IMG/VR virus record: IMGVR_UViG_3300025437_000009
Strand: one strand, 5' to 3'
Source of the DNA: a virus
Lineage: Duplodnaviria > Caudoviricetes
Length of the DNA stretch: 64,000 bases
Shown: positions 1 to 9,192 of the stretch, in pieces
How the letters are laid out: every line of letters begins with the position of its first letter
Numbering within the stretch: position 1 is the first letter of the stretch
Position numbers and translations under genes: made by a program
Notes under the pieces: generated by a model
Seen by the model: the letters and a program-made list of their open reading frames with translations, nothing else
What the model was told of the DNA's origin: nothing
Database searches by the model: none

Positions 1-307
1 CAGGACCACCAATAACAAATATGGTTTTATCTGAATGCTGGGATTCAATTTCTAATAGTTTATCTACAATGTTGCCACTAAATGGCATGGCGTATCTAAC
101 AGGTCGATGTGTGGCTACATATACTGTACGGTTGGGTAAGGGTTTGGGCATTTTACTATCTTCCCAAGTACGTCGTCCGCAGACAACTACATGTCCTGTA
201 GTTAAGTCTTTAAACTGCTGTAAGTCTTCAGAGTTATGAGGCCACGGCAATGAGCCGTTAAACCCCATACCGCCGTTGAAGTCAACGGCAAATATGGCAT
301 TAATCAT
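1..307 (-). CDS. folA: Dihydrofolate reductase, 5' part (runs off the window edge; absent from the ORF track)
   Basis: Manual translation from ATG at 307: MINAIFAVDFNGGMGFNGSLPWPHNSEDLQQFKDLTTGHVVVCGRRTWEDSKMPKPLPNRTVYV...IFVIGGP. This carries the DHFR motifs LPW, GRRTW, PLPNR and IGG. ATGA overlap with the upstream ORF. Confidence 0.95.
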   Translation of the reverse strand, partial: MINAIFAVDFNGGMGFNGSLPWPHNSEDLQQFKDLTTGHVVVCGRRTWEDSKMPKPLPNRTVYVATHRPVRYAMPFSGNIVDKLLEIESQHSDKTIFVIGGP

Positions 308-651
308 AAGTTTTTTAAAAGTTGATCTGTGAAAGGTTGTACTACTTTTGCTACGCTATCTACACTAATATGAAAATCTACATCTTCAATAACATCATCG
401 AGAGCATGTAATTTTTCATTGATCAGTTGTTCTACATAATCTGGATCAGCACCTTCATCAATCATTTCTTTAATGTTGACATCGACACTGGTTCCATCTT
501 TGAGATTAACTGTAATGTATAGTAACACACCAATGGGAACCTGCTCTTTGTTTACTTCTTTGAGCAACTTCTCCCATTGGTCTTTACGATTTAAATTAAG
601 CCGCTTGCTTTTTGGCTGTCGTGGCTTTTTTGGCTCTTGTTGTTTTGACAT
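304..651 (-). CDS. Hypothetical phage protein
   Basis: 115-aa ORF whose stop overlaps the folA start. Confidence 0.75.
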   Translation of the reverse strand: MSKQQEPKKPRQPKSKRLNLNRKDQWEKLLKEVNKEQVPIGVLLYITVNLKDGTSVDVNIKEMIDEGADPDYVEQLINEKLHALDDVIEDVDFHISVDSVAKVVQPFTDQLLKNL

Positions 652-1315
652 TTTTTGCAGGTGTTAGTGATTGTGCTTCTTCTGTCAATCGTTTAGCTTC
701 AGCTAACAATTGAGCGGCTTGTTTTTGCATTTGATCAGCTTGGTCTAAACGTTGCTGTGCTAAATCTGCATCACTTAATACACCTTCACTTGGAATGTTG
801 CCCTTTAAGTATGCCGCAGCACTTGCAGTAGCATCAACATCAATGTTAGTGCGACTTACGCTAGTGTTGTTTGGAGGCATACCAACTTCACGGCCTTCAC
901 GTACACGCTTTTTAGGAGCCATACCTGCTTGCTTGTCAATTTCGGCTAGACGGTCAACAGCTTCTTGACCTTTGTCCATTTCGTCGAGAATATTATTTAA
1001 TTCATCTAAACGAACTGACGATTTCATAGTTGGAGTGATTAAAACTTGGCTTGTTGGAACCTTCTTAATCATACCTTCTTTGTGTAATACTTCAAGAGCA
1101 TTACGGCCATCGGACATAGTAGTACGGAACAGCACGTCGGAGAACTCCTTGGCGTTTTGTCCAATCGGGCTTTCTAGAGCCTTCATCACTTCGTCGTGAA
1201 TCAAGCGTGGTAGTGTGTCACTGTATAACAATAGTGCCATATGATCTTCATTAGGCACTTTGCGCCACAATAACACAATCTTTTTACCATTGTGTTTACC
1301 AACGTGTTTAATCAT
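596..1315 (-). CDS. Hypothetical phage protein with coiled-coil and basic C-terminus
   Basis: 239-aa ORF with SD-like AAGGA upstream. Confidence 0.8.
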   Translation of the reverse strand: MIKHVGKHNGKKIVLLWRKVPNEDHMALLLYSDTLPRLIHDEVMKALESPIGQNAKEFSDVLFRTTMSDGRNALEVLHKEGMIKKVPTSQVLITPTMKSSVRLDELNNILDEMDKGQEAVDRLAEIDKQAGMAPKKRVREGREVGMPPNNTSVSRTNIDVDATASAAAYLKGNIPSEGVLSDADLAQQRLDQADQMQKQAAQLLAEAKRLTEEAQSLTPAKNVKTTRAKKATTAKKQAA

Positions 1316-1327
1316 TTTGATTTTTCC

Positions 1328-1585
1328 TTATTGTGCAGCTGGGGCATCTGTTGTGCCTGCTGTTTGATCAGCTGTGGAAGCTGGTTGTAGTGCTCCACTA
1401 GCTTGGAGGAAGGTCACTAGACGATTGTATAATCCGCCCACTGCTTCCATCTCTTCTGCTTTAATGGCACCGCGTTGACTGGCAAGTTGTACAACCTGCG
1501 CTGCGAGCATTAAGTCTTGTAATTGTAACTGTACAGCGGGAGCCGCTTCAGTTGCTGGTGTATCTACTGTTGTTTGTTCTGACAT
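1328..1585 (-). CDS. Small hypothetical protein under late-type control
   Basis: 85-aa ORF, SD GGAGA, TAAATA at 1612-1617. Confidence 0.8.
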   Translation of the reverse strand: MSEQTTVDTPATEAAPAVQLQLQDLMLAAQVVQLASQRGAIKAEEMEAVGGLYNRLVTFLQASGALQPASTADQTAGTTDAPAAQ

Positions 1586-1587
1586 AG

Positions 1588-1632
1588 TATCTCCGTAATA
1601 AACTATGCATATATTTACACTCTACGGAGATA
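1588..1632 (-). promoter_or_regulatory. 10-bp hairpin sequestering the SD, with a late promoter (TAAATA) in its loop
   Basis: TATCTCCGTA (1632-1623) pairs with TACGGAGATA (1597-1588), which contains the SD; TAAATA at 1617-1612. Confidence 0.75.
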
Positions 1633-1644
1633 CCGAAAATTTTT

Positions 1645-1938
1645 TTACCAACCAAAATCTTGCTTGTTGATTTGATCCAAAATTAGGGCAAACATACTGG
1701 CTTCACCTGGTAATTCAAAAGCGGCTCTTTTATTTAATTGTACAGTATTATCGGCAGGATTTTTGTAGTACCAATCACCAAACCAAAAACGACCACTGAG
1801 ATTAGTCCAAATCCAATCACTGACAACTTTTTGATTACATTTTAAATCAAAGTCTACTGGAGTAAAATGTGGTGGGCAATGTTCAAGCTCTCGGAGCCCA
1901 AACACCGCCAGGGGATTCGCTTCACCATGCTTCAGCAT
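1645..1938 (-). CDS. Hypothetical protein
   Basis: 97-aa ORF in a tightly packed operon. Confidence 0.7.
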   Translation of the reverse strand: MLKHGEANPLAVFGLRELEHCPPHFTPVDFDLKCNQKVVSDWIWTNLSGRFWFGDWYYKNPADNTVQLNKRAAFELPGEASMFALILDQINKQDFGW

Positions 1939-2255
1939 TAGATAGCCTGTTGCTTGCTTTTAATTTGATCAATTACTTCTTGGCTGAGTTCACCTTCGAT
2001 AATCTTAAACTTAGCATCACCCTGTTCAATTTCTGGCAAGGTCAAACGATCTTTAAGTAATTCTTCAGCGTCGCGAGTAAAAGCATTAGTTACATCATAC
2101 TGTCGAGTGAACTGTGCAATTTCTGCAGCACGACTGATATCATCTAAACAGTTTTCGACTTTGAGTAATCTAATCTGTAATTGTAAGGCCAGTTCACGTA
2201 CTGCCTTGGGCTTCATTTTTGTTGGGTCTTGAAATTCCATTATTCTTCCGTCCAT
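1938..2255 (-). CDS. Hypothetical protein
   Basis: ORF coupled to its neighbours; start may be 2240. Confidence 0.7.
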   Translation of the reverse strand: MDGRIMEFQDPTKMKPKAVRELALQLQIRLLKVENCLDDISRAAEIAQFTRQYDVTNAFTRDAEELLKDRLTLPEIEQGDAKFKIIEGELSQEVIDQIKSKQQAI

Positions 2256-2413
2256 TCTGTGTAAACAAGTTTATAAGTGCCAAGTAAGCCAAACAACCAA
2301 GTACCAGTCTTAACCATTTTAAGTTGACGATGTCTTACTGTAGGCTTCCACGTATCTAAATTATAACGTACTTTTAGAAATTCGTCATCCGGTAATCGAG
2401 GCAACGGTTTCAT
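2240..2413 (-). CDS. Small hypothetical protein (MKPLPRLP...)
   Basis: Internal ATG at 2413 overlaps the upstream stop. Confidence 0.55.
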   Translation of the reverse strand: MKPLPRLPDDEFLKVRYNLDTWKPTVRHRQLKMVKTGTWLFGLLGTYKLVYTEWTEE

Positions 2414-2649
2414 CGCTTTAAGGTTTCCCACATTAACGTAGGATCGTTTTTGGGTACAGTGGCTACACATTCAATATAACCTTTCGCCAATGCCTGTTGA
2501 ATAGCTGTGGCTAAATTTCTTGGACAATCAGGGGTAATCAAAATGCCTGCTCGATTGGCTATAGTGAAGTCACCTTGTAGTTGAAAACTTGGATCACCTG
2601 ACTTTAGCGTGACCCAAGGTGTTTCGCTAACAGTAAATGTTATGGACAT
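2410..2649 (-). CDS. Hypothetical protein
   Basis: 79-aa ORF coupled to its neighbours. Confidence 0.65.
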   Translation of the reverse strand: MSITFTVSETPWVTLKSGDPSFQLQGDFTIANRAGILITPDCPRNLATAIQQALAKGYIECVATVPKNDPTLMWETLKR

Positions 2650-2801
2650 AATTTTACAATCTCTTCAGTACTACGACCAGACTTGGCCAGTTCTAATCTA
2701 CATTCTTTAGAACTTTTCATTGCTAGTCCGCCGGCCACAATCATAGAAACAATAACAAAGCCTATGCCCAAGAATAACCATTTTTCAAACTGTGTAATCA
2801 T
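2640..2801 (-). CDS. Small membrane protein (53 aa, not in the ORF track)
   Basis: MITQFEKWLFLGIGFVIVSMIVAGGLAMKSSKECRLELAKSGRSTEEIVKLCP; fills the gap, one TM helix. Confidence 0.55.
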   Translation of the reverse strand: MITQFEKWLFLGIGFVIVSMIVAGGLAMKSSKECRLELAKSGRSTEEIVKLCP

Positions 2802-2901
2802 TTTTAATCCTCACCTATTAGTTTAAGAATATGAATAACTACTACACACAATACAAAAGCAATAGCTATTATACAAAGTGCTTCGGCTATCCATTTTTCT
2901 A

Positions 2902-4161
2902 TCATTTATCGGCATCCTCGTAGTGTGCATAGATACCAAACTCTGGCTCTGCTGATTTGTTGCCTTTGATAATCCAAACAGTATCACAGTACTGTTCAAC
3001 TTCATCTGGGCTCCAACCAAAGAAACAAAAGTCAGTAAACATAATCAACTTCTTGGGTTCAATGCCATTGTCAATCAAGTAATTCCAAACACAATGTGGG
3101 TCTGTACCACCACCGCCACCTGGTTCAAAACTAGCAATATCTTCTAAGTTGTCTGAAGTAAATGTAGCTATATTGTGTACTTCAGTATCCCAGCCCATTA
3201 CAGTAATCTTATACTCATCGTAGGATTCCATAATACCTTGGATTTCACTTAAGAAAATCTTAAGATCGTTGTCAGTAATTGAGCCAGAAGTATCAATACC
3301 AATAACTACATCAATCTGCTCGCCGGGTTTCATACCAGGCATAACAGCATCCATATGCCACGATCTACGGCTAGGACGTGCCCAAGTAAAGTCTGATTTA
3401 ACAGTAGACTCGATCTGTTGTTGCAATAACTCACGCCAGTTCATGACAGGTTCAGTCAAATCTTTGATTAGACGTTTGACGCCGCCTGGTAAATTACCAG
3501 CACCACTGGCCTGTGCAGCCGCTAGTACAGCTTCACGAACTTCGTCACGTATTTCTTTCTTTTCTTGCTCAGAAAGTTTAGGGCGCCCATTACCACCCTT
3601 TTTGTCTCCGTCACCATCAGCATCATCACCTTCACCATCATCGCCATCTAAGTGTTCGTCCAATAGACGCTTCATTAGATCATCGATATTGATCTTGTCT
3701 GCGTTTTCGTACAAGTCATCATAGACTTCTTCTGCACTCATACCTTTGTATTTAGAATCGTATAGTGCAACGGGAATCTTATCACCAACACGTTGTTCTA
3801 CCAAGTCCCAATTTACACAATAGTCATCGGCAATGTTCCACAGTTTAGGATCACGATTGCCACGACGTCCCATATGATCATATACAGCATGTAGGACTTC
3901 ATGTCCAACTAAGAATTCTAACTGCTTCAATGGCATGTTATTAACAAATTCACTATTGTAGTAAAAACGACGACCATCTGTTGCGGCAGTAGGACACCAG
4001 TCATCTGCATTAATCAAATTCATACGGGTAGCTAAGTTACCAAAGAATGGAGCACGAAGCAATAAACCGATACGTGCAGTAACTAATTTTTCTTTAGCTG
4101 ACGCATCGATTTTGGGATCTGTTTCTGTTACTTTTTTAGATTTTTCTGCCAATGTAGTCAT
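2902..4161 (-). CDS. Metallopeptidase-like (HExxH) plus VWA domain protein (DUF2201-type), MoxR partner
   Basis: TAATDG, HEVLH zincin motif, acidic linker, MIDAS-like DTSGS; likely start MTTLAEK at 4161 after SD AAGGAG. Confidence 0.85.
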   Translation of the reverse strand: MTTLAEKSKKVTETDPKIDASAKEKLVTARIGLLLRAPFFGNLATRMNLINADDWCPTAATDGRRFYYNSEFVNNMPLKQLEFLVGHEVLHAVYDHMGRRGNRDPKLWNIADDYCVNWDLVEQRVGDKIPVALYDSKYKGMSAEEVYDDLYENADKINIDDLMKRLLDEHLDGDDGEGDDADGDGDKKGGNGRPKLSEQEKKEIRDEVREAVLAAAQASGAGNLPGGVKRLIKDLTEPVMNWRELLQQQIESTVKSDFTWARPSRRSWHMDAVMPGMKPGEQIDVVIGIDTSGSITDNDLKIFLSEIQGIMESYDEYKITVMGWDTEVHNIATFTSDNLEDIASFEPGGGGGTDPHCVWNYLIDNGIEPKKLIMFTDFCFFGWSPDEVEQYCDTVWIIKGNKSAEPEFGIYAHYEDADK

Positions 4162-4185
4162 ATAGAGCTCCTTTATCATACTTAT

Positions 4186-4230
4186 ATTATAGCATTTCGG
4201 CAATTATGTGTCTGTGGCTTTTTTGCAACA
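4186..4230 (-). promoter_or_regulatory. Early promoter with non-canonical -35 (CAGACA-17-TATAAT) and an upstream TGTTGCA box
   Basis: The same architecture recurs at 7217-7261. Confidence 0.6.
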
Positions 4231-4233
4231 CTC

Positions 4234-4677
4234 TTAGAAATTCAGCGTTAATAAGCCGTTGCAAACGTCTAGCATAACAGCATAGCGGCGTCGTTTGTAG
4301 TAATCACCGTTGCCTAAACTATAATCGTTGGTAACCCTGTGATCACGGACAGCACCGGTTTTATTGCTACGAACCCGATACACGTCCCACCCCTGTGCTT
4401 GAAAGGTATAACTACCACCAGCTGTCTTAATACGCCAGCGACTGTTTAGATAGTACTCACCTCGATCACGCCCAACGTTCAAGAATGTAAACGAGCTTTC
4501 AACCAAACTCTTATTACGCTTATATTCAGCACTAGCTTTGATACGGTCTAACTTACCACCGATACTGACAAGGTCCTTACCATCCAACCCCATGAGTTGG
4601 GCATACGCAACCAATTGGCGGACTTGTTCCTGTTTTTCTGCAGGAAATCTTTTAAATAGTAATTCTTCTTCTTCCAT
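4234..4677 (-). CDS. Hypothetical protein
   Basis: ORF; likely start MEEEELL at 4677. Confidence 0.7.
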   Translation of the reverse strand: MEEEELLFKRFPAEKQEQVRQLVAYAQLMGLDGKDLVSIGGKLDRIKASAEYKRNKSLVESSFTFLNVGRDRGEYYLNSRWRIKTAGGSYTFQAQGWDVYRVRSNKTGAVRDHRVTNDYSLGNGDYYKRRRYAVMLDVCNGLLTLNF

Positions 4678-4678
4678 A

Positions 4679-4993
4679 TTACCCCCACTGTAACATAAAC
4701 GCACTTAGCGTTTCGTCATCTTTAAAATATAAACGCATTTCGTTGTACTCGGTATGCCAAGCCCAACGAGTTGTTGATTCCATACGACACTGACCTTCAT
4801 TGCCAGCTGGCTTTGCACGTATCACAATCCACTTGGTTTCGCAACCTGGCCCAAATGCGTCGTGACACCAATTACGCCATTCTTTAAACCGTTCTATCCT
4901 GGGCTCCTTGCCCCAAATATCAAACGTAACTTCTACATGATATTTCATAACAGTATAACAGGTATGACGCCGATCTAATTTAGTTACTTTCAT
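4679..4993 (-). CDS. Hypothetical protein
   Basis: 104-aa ORF. Confidence 0.65.
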   Translation of the reverse strand: MKVTKLDRRHTCYTVMKYHVEVTFDIWGKEPRIERFKEWRNWCHDAFGPGCETKWIVIRAKPAGNEGQCRMESTTRWAWHTEYNEMRLYFKDDETLSAFMLQWG

Positions 4994-5750
4994 GATTTTT
5001 TATCATTCCTCGATTAAACATTTCGGGTAACAATATTTCATCTGTCCATTTTTCGCTACATGTTGGGCCTGGATGAAATAAATCATCGTGAAGCAAATTA
5101 TTTTTAAATGCATATTCAAACATAAAATCCATGGGCCTGTTTGGTATCCAAGGAATAGCACGAAGTTGTGCCAGTGTATTCTTGTCTACATATCCTTCAA
5201 ATTCGTGAGTAGTATCTCTCTTGGGAATATATGGCGGAAACAGCAGATTGGAATAAAAAGAAAAAACATAAGGTATATTTTTATCTTCTAGATATTTTTT
5301 AACTTCAAAAATTTTATCTGCAGATTCTTGCGCAACAATACTCTTATCAAATTTGGCAAATTTATTAACATTACTAATGCGTTGGTATTCAACTCCTCCG
5401 ATCAATGGTTGTATATTGCTGTTAATTATTTTTTGTTCTTTTCGATCTATACCGCTCCACATTACAATAACTATGCATTTTTCACGTTCGGCATTGTTAA
5501 ATGCATCAATTTGATACATAATGCTGTCGCCAATGAATTCGTTGCCGGCACCTGGGTAACTCCAATCCACGCAGTATTCGAATCCACATCGATCCAACAC
5601 AAATCCTGGCCAACTTGCACAAAAATCAGTCTGTAAAGTGTTGGCAGTAAAACTGCATCCACTGGTCAATAGTATGCCACGATCCACTGAATAATGTTGG
5701 GGGATACTGGGTGTCCATTTTAGAATTTTTGGTACCGGTAAAAACTTCAT
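4980..5750 (-). CDS. SGNH/GDSL-like hydrolase family protein
   Basis: Block I-like SGCSFT, GAGN, VIVMWS, C-terminal DLFHP (DxxH). Confidence 0.6.
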   Translation of the reverse strand: MKFLPVPKILKWTPSIPQHYSVDRGILLTSGCSFTANTLQTDFCASWPGFVLDRCGFEYCVDWSYPGAGNEFIGDSIMYQIDAFNNAEREKCIVIVMWSGIDRKEQKIINSNIQPLIGGVEYQRISNVNKFAKFDKSIVAQESADKIFEVKKYLEDKNIPYVFSFYSNLLFPPYIPKRDTTHEFEGYVDKNTLAQLRAIPWIPNRPMDFMFEYAFKNNLLHDDLFHPGPTCSEKWTDEILLPEMFNRGMIKNHESN

Positions 5751-5751
5751 G

Positions 5752-6021
5752 TTATTTGTATTTTCCTTCAATGTCTGAAGTACTTGATGCTTTATATTTG
5801 GATTCGGTTACTACTATTTTTTGAGCTTCGTCTTGGCACATGTCTTTACCATCTAACGAACGAGATATTTTGCAGTCCTTTCCGTTTATAGTACTTACAA
5901 CATGATCAGACATAGTCTTGCCTGTTGATTCGTTTACTCCTACACTAGCTACACCTGCTATAAACATAGGAACAGCACAACCTGGTAATAGCATTATAAC
6001 AAGTATTAGTATGTATTTCAT
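5752..6021 (-). CDS. Putative lipoprotein
   Basis: MKYILILVIMLLPGC lipobox-like signal. Confidence 0.65.
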   Translation of the reverse strand: MKYILILVIMLLPGCAVPMFIAGVASVGVNESTGKTMSDHVVSTINGKDCKISRSLDGKDMCQDEAQKIVVTESKYKASSTSDIEGKYK

Positions 6022-6080
6022 GCTATAAAAAGGAGGACTTACGGGAAAGGAACCTGCCTCCATGACGCTAGCGAAACTGT

Positions 6081-7181
6081 TTACTTACCACCAGCAGCAA
6101 TAATATACTTGCCGTAACGCTTGTGGAACTCATCAAAGTTCTTCAGCTTACCTGGTACCAAGGGTAAGTTATAAGTAGTCAATGCAACACGAGCACCCAT
6201 AACAACCAACTCAGTGGTAAAATTATCCATCATAAAGCGGAAGAAGTTATCTGCCATACCATGCCATTCACCAATCTTGTCTTTACCAAGTTTAGCGTAT
6301 GCATCTTGTAATTCATAGCACATACTAACAGTCAAAGAATACATAGCTGATACTTCTTTGATCTTGAGTTCTTTGACCTTACCAGCCAATACTTCTGATG
6401 GGTTAGGCATTTGTCCAGCTACCTTGCGGTGTGCCATAAACTTAATACCAAGACCATCACCAATAGTACCTGAGATCAAGTCTGCCAATTCTGCATCTGT
6501 AGCATCTTCGTCATACAAGAATTCTGATACAAATGACCAAGAGCGTGGAGTAGCAAAACTACGGCTAGAGCTCTTGGGATTAAAGTCCATCAAGTCATTC
6601 TTAGCAAAGCCAATATAACCTACCACGTCCTTGTGGATACGATGCTTAACAGCCCACTCGTTCCAAGAGTCATAGTCAGAACGTACTTCTAAGTGTACGA
6701 AACGATTTGCTAAGGGCATTGGCATACGGAAACTTACACCTTTGTCTGACTCACGGTTACCAGCCGCAACAATCACAACATTCTTTGGCAAGTGATATTT
6801 GCCTAGTCTGCGATTGAGAACCAACTGATATGCAGCCGCTTGCACAGCAGGAGCTGCCACGTTCATTTCGTCTAAGAACAGGGTAATAACTGGGAATTCT
6901 TTAGCCATTTCTTCAGTTGGCAAATCCACTGGTTCGGCCCAGTCCATCTTACCAATGTCTTTGTTATAAAATGGAATACCACGTAAGTCTGTCGGCTCCA
7001 TTTGACCTAGACGTAAGTCAATCATAAGACCACCAAGTTCTTGGGTCAAATCTGCAACCAACTCACTCTTACCAACACCTGGAGGACCCCAGAGGAATAC
7101 AGGACGTTGAACTTTGAATGCACGTAGCAAACGACTACGAGCTTCTGATACTGTTACTGTACGATTTTCGCTAACTGCCAT
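6081..7181 (-). CDS. MoxR-like AAA+ ATPase
   Basis: Walker A GPPGVGKS, Walker B LFLDE, AAGN, PLANRF. Confidence 0.9.
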   Translation of the reverse strand: MAVSENRTVTVSEARSRLLRAFKVQRPVFLWGPPGVGKSELVADLTQELGGLMIDLRLGQMEPTDLRGIPFYNKDIGKMDWAEPVDLPTEEMAKEFPVITLFLDEMNVAAPAVQAAAYQLVLNRRLGKYHLPKNVVIVAAGNRESDKGVSFRMPMPLANRFVHLEVRSDYDSWNEWAVKHRIHKDVVGYIGFAKNDLMDFNPKSSSRSFATPRSWSFVSEFLYDEDATDAELADLISGTIGDGLGIKFMAHRKVAGQMPNPSEVLAGKVKELKIKEVSAMYSLTVSMCYELQDAYAKLGKDKIGEWHGMADNFFRFMMDNFTTELVVMGARVALTTYNLPLVPGKLKNFDEFHKRYGKYIIAAGGK

Positions 7182-7216
7182 TTTAGTTTCCTTTCAAAAT
7201 TAACTACTAAAAATAT

Positions 7217-7261
7217 ATTATACAATAATGACATTTATGTGTCTGTTGTTTATCTGCAACA
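7217..7261 (-). promoter_or_regulatory. Early promoter CAGACA-17-TATAAT with TGTTGCA box
   Basis: TTATGTGTCTGT and TGCAACA are shared with 4204-4230 at identical spacing. Confidence 0.6.
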
Positions 7262-7597
7262 TCAGGTGATTTTAATGCTATTTTCTGCCATACGATCACT
7301 ATAAATCTTACGACCACGTTCACGGATCAAGTCAGCCATGGCCTGAGGATTATGCTCAAACATCTCACATACATCTTCTTTGCTAATGCTAGATTCCATA
7401 GTTACAGTATAAACTTCATAATGACGCTGACCGTTTGCACGAGCTCGCATCATAACCGCATTAACAATGTGATTGAGTCTGGGGGTTTGCTGGTCCTGTA
7501 GTGTAGCCCAGGTTGCTTCTTTTTCAAGGTCGGTGACATTGATTATAGAATCTAATCCTAGCATATCCCAACTTAACAAGAAGACGTTGCCTTCCAT
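7262..7597 (-). CDS. Hypothetical protein
   Basis: 111-aa ORF. Confidence 0.7.
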   Translation of the reverse strand: MEGNVFLLSWDMLGLDSIINVTDLEKEATWATLQDQQTPRLNHIVNAVMMRARANGQRHYEVYTVTMESSISKEDVCEMFEHNPQAMADLIRERGRKIYSDRMAENSIKIT

Positions 7598-7794
7598 TAT
7601 ACTTCTGCGATTTCCCAGTTATTGATACGACGCTCAACTTCTTCGTTGAGTACATCTTTAATAAGTGCTTCTGTGGTGTTGACAGAAGTACACTCATTGA
7701 ATGTTTCGGCCAAACCCATCAACTCCTGAACGCCCATATTGCGAACAAGTTGTTGATACTGTTCTTTGGTTAAGGTTTTATTAAATGTTGACAT
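7597..7794 (-). CDS. Hypothetical protein
   Basis: 65-aa ORF, SD AAGGAG. Confidence 0.65.
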   Translation of the reverse strand: MSTFNKTLTKEQYQQLVRNMGVQELMGLAETFNECTSVNTTEALIKDVLNEEVERRINNWEIAEV

Positions 7795-7803
7795 ACCTAC
7801 TCC

Positions 7804-8073
7804 TTATCTTGACAAGTTGATAATACGACCTTGGTATTCCATAAAACTAACTTTCCAAGGAACAAAAACAATTTCACCAACACGGCAACCATTGCGACGC
7901 TCAGTAAACTCTTTACCATCAAACACATCGCGAACTACACGAACCTTGTATGCTTGATAACCATTACTAGTATCACAACGATCTAGAACACGACCTTCAA
8001 CAAAACAATCACTACGGCCGAACATTGGTTTGAAATCATATGCACGGATATAATCGTTTACTTGAACTTCCAT
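7804..8073 (-). CDS. Hypothetical protein
   Basis: Likely start MEVQVND at 8073 after SD AAGGAG. Confidence 0.7.
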   Translation of the reverse strand: MEVQVNDYIRAYDFKPMFGRSDCFVEGRVLDRCDTSNGYQAYKVRVVRDVFDGKEFTERRNGCRVGEIVFVPWKVSFMEYQGRIINLSR

Positions 8074-8150
8074 TGTCTGCTCCTTATTAATTACTATACC
8101 CATAGTATAGCATTTCGGCAATTTGGCTACAACCAAAATTTGAGCCGTAA

Positions 8151-8176
8151 AAAAACCCCAAAAAAATGGGGTTTTT
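8151..8176 (-). terminator. Rho-independent terminator (possibly bidirectional)
   Basis: AAAAACCCCA-N6-TGGGGTTTTT with T/A tracts on both sides. Confidence 0.7.
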
Positions 8177-8199
8177 GACCGTTGTTTTTTCGCAACAGA

Positions 8200-9192
8200 T
8201 TAGATTTCAGCTAAATTTTCCCGGAATATCCGCCAACATTCTTCCCAAGTCCAATGCTGGCTAGATAGTTTAACTTGTGCCCGATCTAGGGTTAAACATT
8301 CGCGTACAGCCTCTTCTAAATCCCAATCCATGTATCCGTTTACACTCTGTTCGATAATGTCTACGGGTCCTTGCACTGGGAAAGCCGCTACCGGAGTACC
8401 TTGTGCCATTGCTTCAATAATAACCAGGCCAAAAGTATCTGCTTGGCTAGGAAATACAAACACGTCTGCTTGATGATAGTAGTCTACTAATTCTTGCCCC
8501 GATTTATAACCAACAAATGTAGCCCACGGTAACAGTCGACGAGCTTCCTTCATATATGGACCATCACCTACTATAACTAACGTATATTCAGTTGGATCCA
8601 GTTCTGCCAAAATCGCCAGACCTTTTTCACTGCTGACACGTCCTACATTGAGTAGTAATGGTTTCGTACGTTCACAACGTTCTTGGCTAGGTTCAAGGTT
8701 TCTGTTGACTCCGCGTGTCCAAACAACCATGCGTTCAAAGCCATGTGACTCTAAATCCTTTTGTATAGTCTTTGTAGTAACTAGCACACGATGACTGTTC
8801 TTATGAAACCAACGTAGATACCAATAGGTCAGGCTCTTGGGTACCCGATACATTGTCTTTAAGAACTCGGGGAAATCAGTATGATAACTAGTATTATAAG
8901 GAATATGATTGCGCTCACACCACCACCTTGCAAATAGGCCTACAGGGCCTTCTGTAGCGATATGTATAAAATCCGGCTGTATCGCTTTAATTTTCTTACT
9001 GATACCTTGCGGCCAACAGAGACGAACTTCAGGATAGCCAGGGCAAGCAAAATTAGGGAACTGCCCGGGATCAAGATAAACAATGTTATACCCATCACTG
9101 CGAGCACAATCTTCCAAGTTTTTGAAAGTTGTGACCACGCCATTAACTTGATCACGTAAGTTATCCGTTATTACTAGTATTGTTTTTATCAC
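8200..9192 (-). CDS. Glycosyltransferase family 4 (GT-B)
   Basis: HIATEGPVG, GRVSSEKG, DTFGLVIIEAMAQGTPV. Confidence 0.92.
   Translation of the reverse strand: MIKTILVITDNLRDQVNGVVTTFKNLEDCARSDGYNIVYLDPGQFPNFACPGYPEVRLCWPQGISKKIKAIQPDFIHIATEGPVGLFARWWCERNHIPYNTSYHTDFPEFLKTMYRVPKSLTYWYLRWFHKNSHRVLVTTKTIQKDLESHGFERMVVWTRGVNRNLEPSQERCERTKPLLLNVGRVSSEKGLAILAELDPTEYTLVIVGDGPYMKEARRLLPWATFVGYKSGQELVDYYHQADVFVFPSQADTFGLVIIEAMAQGTPVAAFPVQGPVDIIEQSVNGYMDWDLEEAVRECLTLDRAQVKLSSQHWTWEECWRIFRENLAEI

Noticed and set aside
21-239. 72-aa plus-strand ORF
   Set aside because: Antisense shadow of the DHFR gene.
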